Source of the DNA: Callorhinchus milii
Taxonomy: Eukaryota
Direction of reading: 5' to 3'
Assembly: GCF_018977255.1 (NCBI RefSeq)
Contig: NW_024704742.1
Span: 17,858,001 to 17,922,000, forward strand
Length of the DNA stretch: 64,000 nt
The translations under genes were made by a program, and so were the position numbers. Positions 52,851 to 64,000 of the stretch are shown one piece after another. The first letter of the stretch is position 1. Every line of letters begins with the position of its first letter. A model generated the notes under the pieces. That model was not told the origin of the DNA. It worked only from the letters and a program-made list of their open reading frames with translations, and made no database searches.

Positions 52851-55289
52851 AATAAAGAGATTTGTTTTTCTCTCTGTGATTTAATTCTTCGTTGTCCTGA
52901 AAGCAACGATTATGGTACCATACAATTCAATGAATACTGCATTCAGAAGTCGCTTATTATCCCTTCTTTTGCCCCTTATTATCCCCCCGAGGACTCTGAA
53001 GCCAATCACATTGTTATGTTTGTGGTCCTTCGGGGGGGCGATGGGTGATGAGGACAACAACAACAAACATTAGTCAAGACTTACATTTAACATTTTATTA
53101 GCATTTTAGAGTGTGCATATTTCTGTAAATTTTACCTTCATTTAGAAGTTTTGGGGGGATTTGTAGTTCTTAAAACCAGCTTTGTAATTAAGCCTGAAAG
53201 TTTGAATTTGCTAAATTTGCCACTCTCTGAAACTCTAAGGAAATAGTAGAAGGGTACCATACAGATGGAATTTCTCCCCCAGTTGATATAAGCTAAGTCA
53301 GTACAGACTGAGGTTCAGGTCCCGGTCTGTAGGGCTCAGTTTCACATTCGGCCACCGAGTTGATTGAGTAAGCCATCAGGGTAATGAAAATAGGGCTTTG
53401 ATATTCTTCTAAGAATAAAAAGTTACTCCTCAACATTCAGAGAAACTGTCTCAGATTTATATCTGATGAATCCAATTTTATTATTATAGGGCAGTGATCT
53501 TTGTATGGAATTAGCAGGTTGCTGCTCTATATTGGAAGTGACTTTCTGCTTTGATTCCTTATTACGTGATCTTTACACTTGAGACTGTTTAAGTGAAGTT
53601 TAATTAGCATTATTTCTAAAGCACCAACAGCTAGTTAGTAAATACTGTAATAAGCTTAGCTCATAATTTCCTTTCTTTACACATAATTATTGCAAAGCAG
53701 TTCAGAATTATAATTTGTATAGTTTATGTCTACACAACAAATTCTTATTCAAAGGACTTGACTATGCCCAGTCAACCCCTGCTAGCATCTTTGAGCAATG
53801 TCGTGATCTTTGACAAGCTGCTATGGTATAAATGAGCAGACAACTAGTACCAAGAAATACAGCAGATGTAGACAATTCAAAACATGCATTCTCCACTGTA
53901 CAGTACATAATTTACTGTACACCAAGTGAAATATAACTTTAGGTACCAAAAGACACCAGTCACTAAAATCTGTAATAAATAATTATAGTAATGTGCAACT
54001 TTGGACTCAGGCCAACCTGGATCACAACAATCCTTATCCATTTGAACACCATTTGAGGTCACAGGACCTTGTTAATCATTGAAATGAGGAAATTATGGAT
54101 TCCAAAGCATAGTTGTGGGTATACAACTGATATGGCAAAACCAGCATTAAAACCATGAGCCAAATGTGACTTTTATTAGAGAAGAGCACTTTGGCTTTGA
54201 GTAGTACTATATCACACACGCACATCCATCCATACAGGATATATCGCCTATACATACACACACAAGCACACATATATAGTTGAAATGTAGATGACTAGCT
54301 TCACGTGTATAATACCATCAAATGTTCCATTCCACCTGTTCAGCTAAATTCACTTATTGTAAAGTGAATCTAAGATGAACAGATGCTTGACATGTTTGTG
54401 GCCCATGGTGATTCACTTTTGCTGGTATATTAATTATTAATAAACAAAATGAGCTTCTTTGTTGGGATTTGATCCCTGTTCTAGTGAATCTGTGTGTTGG
54501 AATTATCTGGTAAAAACATCAGAAGCCCATCCATTTTCTAAGGAATCCATCATGTGCAAAAACAAATTAAATCAAACAATTTAAAGGTGGGCTACAGTTC
54601 ATTCAGTGGACTTCTTCTCTATCACTTTTAAACAGGACAGAGATAATGCTTCGATAATCTCTTGCTCATAGTTATTCAGCATCAAAGCAAAGCATTATCT
54701 AACATTCCAAAATATTTGTATGAATCTCATCTTTTCTGTTAAGAACTGCAGATGTGCTGAGGCTTCAGGATTTTTAAAAAATATTCTTGAAATATTTTTT
54801 TTACTGGGACTGAAAGTTGGGGCTAAGTACCCAATGATTTTGTCACCCTTGCTGGGAGTAAACTATTTGGTTATTTAGTTATTGTTTTTCAGGGTACTTT
54901 GGAGTTGTTATAGATGAAAGTAAACATCAAGCAGAAGCTTTCACACACATTTTCTATCATTTATGTCTTTTTGTAAATATAAATATTTCAAAGCAGATAT
55001 AGTCAATGCAAGCCATCCGTTCACTTACTGTCAGCGTTTGTGCATTACCTAGAGAAAGTGCAACGTCTGAAAGGACTCAGAAGTAATCACATTTCGTTTT
55101 CGTGCTACGTTCACTGTAAGCTATTTTAAACTGAGGTAAAAGTCAATTGCATTCTGTGTTTTTAGATCCTTTAAATGCTTGCAGTTAGAATAAAGAATTT
55201 GGTCCAGTTTAAGAGTGTATAGGAAGTTTGGATCTGTATTTTCTATCTGAACTTGTACAATTATTTTTTATATAATTTTGCCAGTGGGA

Positions 55290-56150
55290 AGCCATATGGC
55301 ATTACCAAGACTAAGTTGACACAAAGTATCACACAAGAGACTCCTTTCAAACTGAGCTTCAAGGGTAAGACATGAACATGGATGCGTGGCTTGCTAAAGG
55401 GAAGAAAGCAGATGATAGTCATAAGGGGAGCTAGGTTGAAATGGGGGTGGGATTGAGTGGATGCCTCAGGAACCTGAGATAGTCCTAAAATCCGTAAATG
55501 ACTAGGATTCGCAGTCTCAGCCCAAGATACTGTAGTTAAATTTACAGATGTCACAGAACTAGGGAGAAACTTTGGATTCAAACAATGCAGCCCTCATGTT
55601 ATCAAGAGAATTCTGCAGGGTGTGCACCCGGGCTCACTATTGACAAACATTGTGGTACAAGTGGATGGGATAGAACTTGCCAAGGAGGAAAATGAAAGAG
55701 ACCTAGGGGTGTTTGACTCATCGCTCACCGTGTCCAGCCAACGTAAGGCAGTAAATAACCAGAAAAGCAGGATGCTGGACTCAATTCCTGCATTAGGTGA
55801 GTTCTAATCTCCAGAAGCTGTGCTCAAACTGTACACTGCTCTGGTATAAAAATCTTTCCTCTTTGACCATACTGTTGATCAACACCAAATGTCCCAAGTC
55901 CCATTTCCCACCTTGATCAGTGATCAACATTGTGTGCATAAAGCTTTATATGATGTTCTCCAATATAAAATGTGCCATGTGAGCACATGTTGTTGGCAGG
56001 CTATACGCTTTGTTTAAAGTTCTGGTCACTGAGAACTGCTGAGGTCCATTGCAGATGAGAGCAACAAGCCTGATCCCCAGGGTTAGAGGGATGAGTTATG
56101 AGGAATAACTGGACAACTAAGGGTTCCTCAACTTTGAAAAGAAACTTCTC
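55290..56150 (+). mobile_element. Decayed CR1 RT-region fragment
   Basis: Remnants of SG(V)PQG (agtggatgcctcaggaacc) and ENERDLGV, with typical CR1 ORF2 sequence to ~56150. Confidence 0.65.
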
Positions 56151-57099
56151 AGAACAACTTGCATTACAAAGCACCCCTCATACAGGGGAGCGTCTCTCAC
56201 AGTGGTGGAGCCTGATGCTGAGCCGGGGGGAGGTGACCGTAGGCATGGCCAAAGAGGAAGTTCTTCAGGCGTGATCTAAAAATGAGGAAGGAGAGGGCAA
56301 GGCGGAGGGATTGAGGGACAGAGTTCCAAGTTTTGGGGCGGGAGTTGACTTTACAGAGGTATGCTTCTATTTAGGTTAGTTGATGGCAATCCTACTTCTG
56401 GGTCAAGGTTGTGGGTTCAAGAGCCATATCTGGATGGCTTACACTGCAATGGAGTGAAGGGGAATAGTGCATTATCAGAAGTATTGTCTTTCAGAGGAGG
56501 CATCAAACCAAGATCCTATGCACCTTACGTGGATGTTAATGATCCAATGATATTATTTTGCTTGATGCTGACCAACAATTCTTCAGATTAATGGGTTTTT
56601 GAAGACTTTGCTGGTCAAAATGGTCGTCATATTTACCTATAGAAAGACACTTTGATAATAATTGCGATAAAGTGATAAGATGCTATTTAAACAATGCTAA
56701 TTGTTTATTAGTTGTTCCTAATATGCTTAAAGGGATTAAGAAAAAGTAAAATGTTGGATCCATCAAGGCAGCAGTTGAAAAGGATAAAAACTCAGGGTTG
56801 TAAAGGGCAATTATAGAACAGATGATAATAATCAGTAGCTGGAACCGTTTACCAGAGAGTGTGATAAACACAGGAGTTAAATGAAACACAGCTTGATGCT
56901 GGAATGGAGGATGGTAGGGCTGGTATGTGAAAGATCAAATAGGCAAAGCTTCTTTATCATCTGAACCTTTCTTATGATCTAAACAAATAAGGAATGTCGG
57001 TGTTGGAAAATGTAACACTAGCACATCTGAGGAACCTAGAAAAAATAATTTTTTCACATTATTTTCTGTAAATGTACTGACCTTAAAGGCATCTGTATA

Positions 57100-58412
57100 C
57101 AATGGTAATTTTTTATTATAAGCACAACCCACAAAGGTTGGTAGATTTCCTGACGAATGGAAATATAAGTCAGTATCAAGAACTCTCAGGATGGGTTTAG
57201 CAGAGCTGGATGGAAAGCAATGCTCTCTCTAAACTGCTTTGAAAAGTATTTCAATTCCTCCCTTAGAATGACACCCATCCTGCAGGATTGTGGAATTTCC
57301 ATTTCAATGCCAGCCACCATGTGGCCACTCTCAGAGAAACTGCCAATGTATTGCCAAGTTGCATCCATTTTGTCCTATGGGCCTACACTCACTACAGAGC
57401 TGAGACTTTCCAAAGTCATTATACTGTATTTAAGATTTGCATCTAGCAGTTGATAAAGGAGTCAATTGTTATCAGTCTGGGTTGGATTTGACCCTAGTTC
57501 CATGAATTGGTCTGTAAATTTACCAAATTTTGTGAATGTTCAGTATAGTGAACCATGGCACTGCTCAGACACAAGTAGTATTGTTTATTTCACTAAAATT
57601 AGATATAATGCTAATTTCAACCTCTCCCCCACCAAAATGACACACTGTGTGCCTCTTTGTTATGGTCTTCAGCATTTCTCTCTAATATAAAGGGAACTTT
57701 CACGTGGAAAAATTAGAACAAAACAGATTTGAAGAAAAGCTCTTGCACGGAAAAATGCAGGGTAAATGGTGGAATGCCAGAAAATTGCTTTGGGATGCAA
57801 AGTGACTCTTGTGTAGCAACTCATACATAGGCCACACCAATCAATGTGATCTGTGCCCTGAAATGATCATGGCTTGGAGCAGAGGTCTTTGAGTTGGTGT
57901 GACATACGTGGGGTTCTGACACACTTCCAGCGTTTGTGCCATTTATGCAGATTCTTTTCCCGTTCAAGTTCTTTTTTAATCTCAATGTATTATCGGGGGG
58001 GGGGGGGGGGGGGGAGAAGAAACACTACTACAGTGTTCACCCAGCTATATTATTGCTGTCAAATGCAAGAAATCCAAACCTGTTTAACATCCTCAATCCA
58101 AATGCTCCATTCAAACCGTTGTGTTTAAGCAGTCGTTTTGCGCTACAATGTAACTAGACAGTTACTTCTCAGAGATTCTCAGCAAACAACAGTCTAAGCT
58201 TAGAGCTTACTGGTTACAATGCTCAGCTTTTCATGCAAGATTAGCAAAACACACAACCTCTAGCTTTGCACACCTTCTCAAAAATTGCTCTGATTATTCA
58301 TTCGGTGATGAAATTACACATGAAATGTTTCAGCCATGAGTACCGCTTTGTCTTCTGCTGGGATCTTCATTGCTAAGGAGAACTTTCCCTGCTGAAATAT
58401 ATCTTTTTTCAG
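57100..58412 (-). other. Probable proximal 3' UTR of the ABLIM gene
   Basis: Repeat-poor sequence after the stop codon, with minus-strand AATAAA at 57584-57589 and 57112-57117. The true cleavage site is unknown. Confidence 0.5.
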
Positions 58413-58526
58413 TTAAAAAAGCCGTGCTTTCTTCTTCAGGTCATTTCTCTTCCATAGCGCCAGCCGATTAAATTCTTCTATAGTCATCCCGAACACACGG
58501 AAGAACTCCTCTGGAGACAAGTGGCG
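58413..58526 (-). CDS. ABLIM2: Terminal coding exon of an actin-binding LIM protein (villin headpiece C-terminus), most like ABLIM2
   Basis: Translates [37 protein letters not shown]. Phase-0 acceptor cttttcttttttccag immediately upstream, TAA at 58413-58415. About 5 differences from recalled human ABLIM2 and about 7 from ABLIM3, so the family is secure and the paralog less so. The penultimate exon (..DVDRTRLE) was not found in the window. Confidence 0.88.
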   Translation of the reverse strand, partial: RHLSPEEFFRVFGMTIEEFNRLALWKRNDLKKKARLF

Positions 58527-59289
58527 CTGGAAAAAAGAAAAGTTATTATTGACACATGTCAAAAAGGAAGATGAATCTTCATGTGCCACAAACAAAACCT
58601 GTCTGCTTCAGTACTACACAATATAGTGGATTTATTCAATGAGTCATTACATTACGTAATTTACAGTTTGTCACCGAATCAGCCAATAAATTAATTGACA
58701 GCAGATCTGTTGCTACACAGGTCCACGTAAATGGGGTCAAATATGTAGAGTGCTTTGATTATTCCATATGGTTAGACATTGATTATGATAAATTACTCTT
58801 GCAAAGTTTACCCAAATGCACAGTGAGAGATATACATTATCAGTGACAGGCCAGTCATAGTGCAATATAACATAAAGCAGTCTTACTTACGATTTTTGAA
58901 ATAGTGCATAATGCTTTTACATAACTGAATTTATCTTTTGTAAGTTGTATGTTTAGGTATTATATAGACTAGTTAGCAGTAAATAGGATGGACACGGTCG
59001 AGCGCCCTATCTATCAAGGTGGAGGGGAATCCTCGGCTGAGGAAAAGGAGGACACTTCAGAATACACACTACCTCAGCCAACCCCACTGCCCCAGCGCTC
59101 CCTCCACTCAGCAAACACTGACCTGCTTTATATCTCTGCCCATTCCATCCTACCATTGGTGGTTGAGCTTTCAGCAATTCTGCTATTCTGAAACTCCCTC
59201 CTGAAGCCATTCCGCCTATCCCTTTGCTCCTTGAATCCAGAAGCTGCCTTATGGTTGCTCTTTCACAAGGTTAGTCTGGAGGAAGACTC

Positions 59290-59760
59290 TTGTTAAGGCT
59301 ACATGTTCTCATTCCTCCAGAACATTTAAAAAGTCGTTGATTACCCTCTGCATGAAGAAAACGTCTGGCTTCTGGCCTGAAATTATTCTAAACCTATGTC
59401 CTCTTGTTCTACAGTCATGATACAACCTAGAGTATTGATCTGGGTTTACTTTTTCAATCTCATCAAAAAAATTGTACATCTCTAAGCGGTCCCTCTGAGT
59501 CAACTCTCTCAAGATTGAAGAGTCCTAGCTTGTCTAGTCATTGCTCCTAGCTCATTCCTCTAAAACTGGGGATGATCCTAGTTGGCTTTCCTCTATACTG
59601 CTTTTAGGGTTTGACTTGTGTCACGGTGACCAGAACGGTGTGCAGGATACAACTTGCCGTCTGACGAGAGCATTGCAAGAACTGAGAACGACATCTGGGG
59701 ACCTAACCTCAATTAGTTTAACAATATAACCCAGCATCCTGTTTGCCTTGTTTATTAGCC
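59290..59760 (-). mobile_element. CR1 LINE ORF2 C-terminal fragment
   Basis: ORF 59309-59512 contains ..RTRGHRFRI..FFMQRVIN.., a CR1 C-terminal signature. Confidence 0.75.
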
Positions 59761-60486
59761 ACCTCTCTCAACCCCCTGCATGAGCAAACCTTTAGCCAGG
59801 TCTCCCAGTCAACTGTGTGAAGTGCTTTAAGATATCCTCCAAGCATTAAAGGCCCTATATATATATTAAATTATGTTGTATGATTTTGCAATGTAACACA
59901 ATGCAAATCTTAGACCAATGTCTTCTTTACATTACAGCACCAATGTAGATTTTGTGTAATCATTACTTTGGTCTTTAAATCATGTTATTGAGGTAAGCCT
60001 CCATTGCATTCACCTCAAGCCAGATTTCCACAAGGCAAATTAGCTGAATTATTCTAACCCTCAATTTTCTGTCCAACATCTGTTTTTTGCTACACCACAA
60101 AGGGAGTGGAACTTGACATAATGCAGTCCTCGAGGAAGTAGTTGAGAAATTCCACTGCTTTAAAAACAGAGCACCTGTTGCGAGTTCAACTTGACATAAT
60201 ACTTCCCTCTTCCCGTCTTCCATATTGGTGATGGTGGATAAACAATATGGGGATCATGTTGCTAAATTTCTTAATTTTCTTTTTTAATCTTTATTTCTGA
60301 GAGGAAATGGCCAGTGTGTTCTACAAGGTCATTTCCTGTCCAGTTCATCTCTGGAAATATTATGGTGCATGAAACTGAAAGCGCAGAGGAATTTAATTTA
60401 GCTGAGGGGCTAGTTTCAACGACAAATATGCAGTCACTACACTGTACAGATAAACTCTGTGGAGAACTTTTAAACATTTTGGTGTG

Positions 60487-60870
60487 ATAATAATAATAAT
60501 TTTTGCATTTGATATAGCGCCTAATCGTGTATTTGAGACATTTCAAAGCGCTTCAGAGGATATACTATAAAGTGGATTTTGACTGTTATTTATGGGCAAA
60601 ATGTGGCAGCCAGGATTGCACAGCAATGTCCCACAAACAGATATGGAATGAGTGACCGATTTTATTTGGAGGATTTTTTGGCCAGGACACCAGAGAGAGA
60701 AGCTCCCTTCTCTTTTCGAATACTGCCATAGGATCTTTAATGTCCACCTGAATAGTAGATGGGACCTCGGTTTAACATCTCATCCAAAGGACGGCACCTC
60801 CAACAATGCAACACACCGCCAGCACTGCACTGGAGTGTCAGCTTAGACCAAATGATTCCAAGTCCTGATA
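60487..60870 (-). mobile_element. Deu-domain SINE (SacSINE1/AmnSINE1-like core) with L2-type tail
   Basis: Minus strand tgacactccagtgcagtgct...ggaggtgccgtcctttggatgagatgttaaaccgaggtccc...caggtggacattaaagatcctatggcagtattcgaaa matches the recalled Deu core. Confidence 0.8.
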
Positions 60871-61039
60871 AGGTGCTATATCAAATGCAGGGATTATTTA
60901 CTCTTGGATGTTTATTCATGGCACAAATAATACTTCACTTTGCCAGGAAATACAGATGAAACTGTGTCTGCAGGTAATGTAAGCCACAGGTGTGTTAACA
61001 TCTACACATCATTTTCCATGACAATAGAATACAGTGACA

Positions 61040-61520
61040 TGTCTTTCTTTACTCCAAGTACTCCAACGCCCCACTCGTCAGGCTCCCCAGCTCCTCTGTA
61101 CATAACACGCTGACCATCTAGAACTCCGCAGCCCAGGTCAGGCTCTGTGAGCCCATCAACCCCTATCTTTGTTCAGCTCCATTTGCTTCCTATCCCTCAG
61201 TAGATTGAATTCAACATTCTTGTTCTCACTTTCAAATGGCTCTATGACTCGCCTCATGCTACTGTACTTCTGCAACATCCTGCAAACCTACTGGTCCAGT
61301 CCCTCCCTCCTCTAAGCAAACACTGACCTGTGAAATGTCCCCTGCCCAAGCTGCCCGACTATCAGTGGGTGAGCCTTCAGCCCTTTCACCCCCACTAAAT
61401 GGAACTCCATCCTGGGGTCCCTCCGCCTTGTCCCACCCCGGTTTCAGAACCTATCTTAAACCTATCTGTTTAATCGTACTATCAGCCACCTCTCCCCCTC
61501 AGCTGGGAAAAAGAGCACAC
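61040..61520 (+). mobile_element. Old L2 3' fragment
   Basis: catctagaactccgcagccc...agattgaattcaacattcttgttctcactttcaa, a degenerate L2 ORF2 C-terminus. Confidence 0.7.
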
Positions 61521-64000
61521 TCTGGTTTGTGGCCTTTTCTGTGGCTCTCCATTAATATTACTTCATATTCTAATAGGGGTCAAATTTTACTCCCTTGAAA
61601 CAAAGGACTTAGTTCCATCTGGTGGTCTGACTTATGTCACAGATCTTCTGAGAATCATCAAAATTAAGTTTGAGCTATAATCTTTGCCTCTCTAAGTGGG
61701 AGTTGAACAGTCACATTGTGGGACCTAGTAATCTGACTAAATCAATAATAAACAAATTCAGAAATAAATATCTATACAGAACTCCACCACCAAAGCTCAC
61801 GAAAATAACAGATGGATACAACTAGTTTTTAAAAGACCAGTGTTGGGATTAAAGCGGTTGTCAGCAGTTGCAGTTGTTGCTCTGCTCGATGGAATCATTA
61901 AGTGACCATCTTGGTGAAAAACTTTAAATATAATTCTCATCACAATTTTAATCAATTATCAACAGTGGAAGCCTGCATACCAATGAAACTCCATTCATAA
62001 TACAGTACAATGGTTGTGCAGTCTTGATCAGTTACAGTTATTCAGACTTCTGTTGTACATATGGTGATCCTTCCAATAAAATTCTAACTTAGCAAATTTC
62101 ACTGTAAATAATATTTTGCTATAACAGATTAATCCAAGACATCGAGAGTTCAACCGACTGAAAACTCAGAATTAGGAATGCAGAGAAGTGTGACTAATTA
62201 AAACAGAATGAATTAGTTGTAGGAAGACAAAACATGGATCATATCAAATTCAACAGCACAGTCAGTGACACGGGATGTCACAATTGGGATTTAAAACAAC
62301 AGCTGTGGGCTTCTCTATTTATAGATTCAATAAAACTCTTAAATTGGAATAACAGAACATTTACATTAAAATGACCAAAATCAGCAATGAACAAAGTTTG
62401 ATCAAATTTGCGTAAATATAAATCCAATATATCTGCAGATGAGCATAACTGCAAATATCACAGGTTTACTGTAAGCACAGATTATATCCACATTTAAAAA
62501 AGAGACTTGATCTACTGTTGCAAGTCCTAATATACTGCTGTCTTACAGTATTATGATGTGTCTTATTTTTAATGACATTTTAATGACTTACACTTTAAGG
62601 ATGGGCTTCATCTCGATTGCATTTGAAGATAACTAGAAATACATTTGTTTTTTACGAGTATGTTAAATTGACTCAACTTTACTGATCCTTATCACGGATT
62701 GCCTTATCATGCTATTGAGTCTCAAAATGCTTCACAAAATATATTGTAAAGTGAATTGTTTGTATTTCAAGCAAAATTAAGTATTTTGCTTGAACTACAG
62801 AGATAAGAAAGGCAGAAAATAAACCTAATAGTAACAAACTGCTGTCAACAATAGCAAGCCATTTAGGAACCACCAGAATCCCCCCAAAATAATCTATATT
62901 CAGGAAACACTTTGGAAAAGAAAATGACCTTAAATCGAGCAGAAAAAATATGCTTTCTTTGATTTTAATCAAAATAATTAATTGGTTTTCATGTTTTGTT
63001 AAGTTGCCTCCAAATTAGATCATCTTTTTGTTGTACTACAAAGTAGAAAATATATGAAGCTTTACATATAATCTGTATACAAGTAATCCCCTTCCTCCAA
63101 TTCAGCAGTAATTTGATAAAAAACCAAACTATTTAAAGGGTGCAGTGCTATTAAAGGCACAACAAAAATAAACAATCCGCTGGTATCCTGACTATTATCC
63201 ACTATACTATCCACAACAATATACGTGCATCATTACAAATTGGTTTTAAAAAGTAGCACAGAATTTCTAATCATTCAATCTTTCAGATCACAGTTCAGAC
63301 CAATGTCTGAATAACACTCAGTCACTAAACAGCAGGCTTCGGTATCTATTTTCATGGCCACTTCAACAACCATTATGCACGCACATGAGCCTCTCATTAT
63401 TACAATTCCCCTACTTATGCTGGCACTATTCCTTTGAGAATTAGCTGACCAAGATAGCACCTGGTAAGTACAATGCAGATTGATGCTGATACCAAACAAA
63501 CAGCAATGACAGCGGATGTTATGCATGGTTCATAGCTGACAGCTGTCAAATCGGCTCCTATCTCACTCAAACAGCTTAGAGATCACAAGAAACAAGTCAT
63601 CTAGTATGTAGATCTATATATCTTTTTGGTGGGAGAGAAGACATTAAAAAAATTATTACATAACCCATTTATTTCAGGTTATTCACTTTCTCTACAATAA
63701 TCTATAGCAAATAAAAACAATTCATATTAAATTACGCAGAGCAGACGTTGACAGAATCGACATCAATAATGCAAATAGCACTGAAATCACTCACATTTCT
63801 CAAACCAAACAAATACAATTTTACATTCTAGGTCAGGATGTGTGTGACGGTGTTATAATGGATTGATCAGGCCCCACCTGGAGCACTGTGAACAATTATC
63901 GCTGTACAGACATCATGGGGTCTGATTTGTAAGATGTGGATAATTAATTAGAATCACTGAATCCCAGCTGAATTGGGATTGACTTTTTGGAACTTTACTT

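Noticed and set aside
62592..62632. Possible minus-strand ABLIM cassette exon (ag|...|gtaagt)
   Set aside because: 41 nt would shift the frame between phase-0 junctions, the polypyrimidine tract is weak, and there is no similarity to the expected penultimate exon.

Overview
Vertebrate nuclear DNA, AT-rich, CpG-depleted and dense in retroposons. The mix of L2 and CR1 LINE fragments with Deu-domain and tRNA-Ala/L2-tail SINEs suggests a cartilaginous fish, possibly a chimaera (inference). No prokaryotic features, operons or CRISPR arrays are present. Two minus-strand genes are partly visible. (1) The terminal coding exon of an ABLIM gene (villin headpiece, best match ABLIM2) at 58413-58526, with its 3' UTR. 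(2) About 14 kb downstream, a CpG-island promoter (~43630-44455) with a short phase-1 first coding exon (MERKKQLEMERCIK+G, 43932-43974). From recalled ABLIM-AFAP1-family synteny this is the start of an AFAP1-family gene, and bases 1-43931 are probably its long first intron. The most interesting observations are candidate alternative first exons (6581-6611 and ~41456), a G4-prone minisatellite just inside intron 1, modular SINE evolution visible in situ, two L2 copies inserted antisense into SINE tails, and an unexplained inverted/direct repeat cassette at ~39.5 kb. I found no evidence of a new multi-gene system. All family assignments rest on recalled consensus sequences, not searches, and repeat boundaries are approximate.
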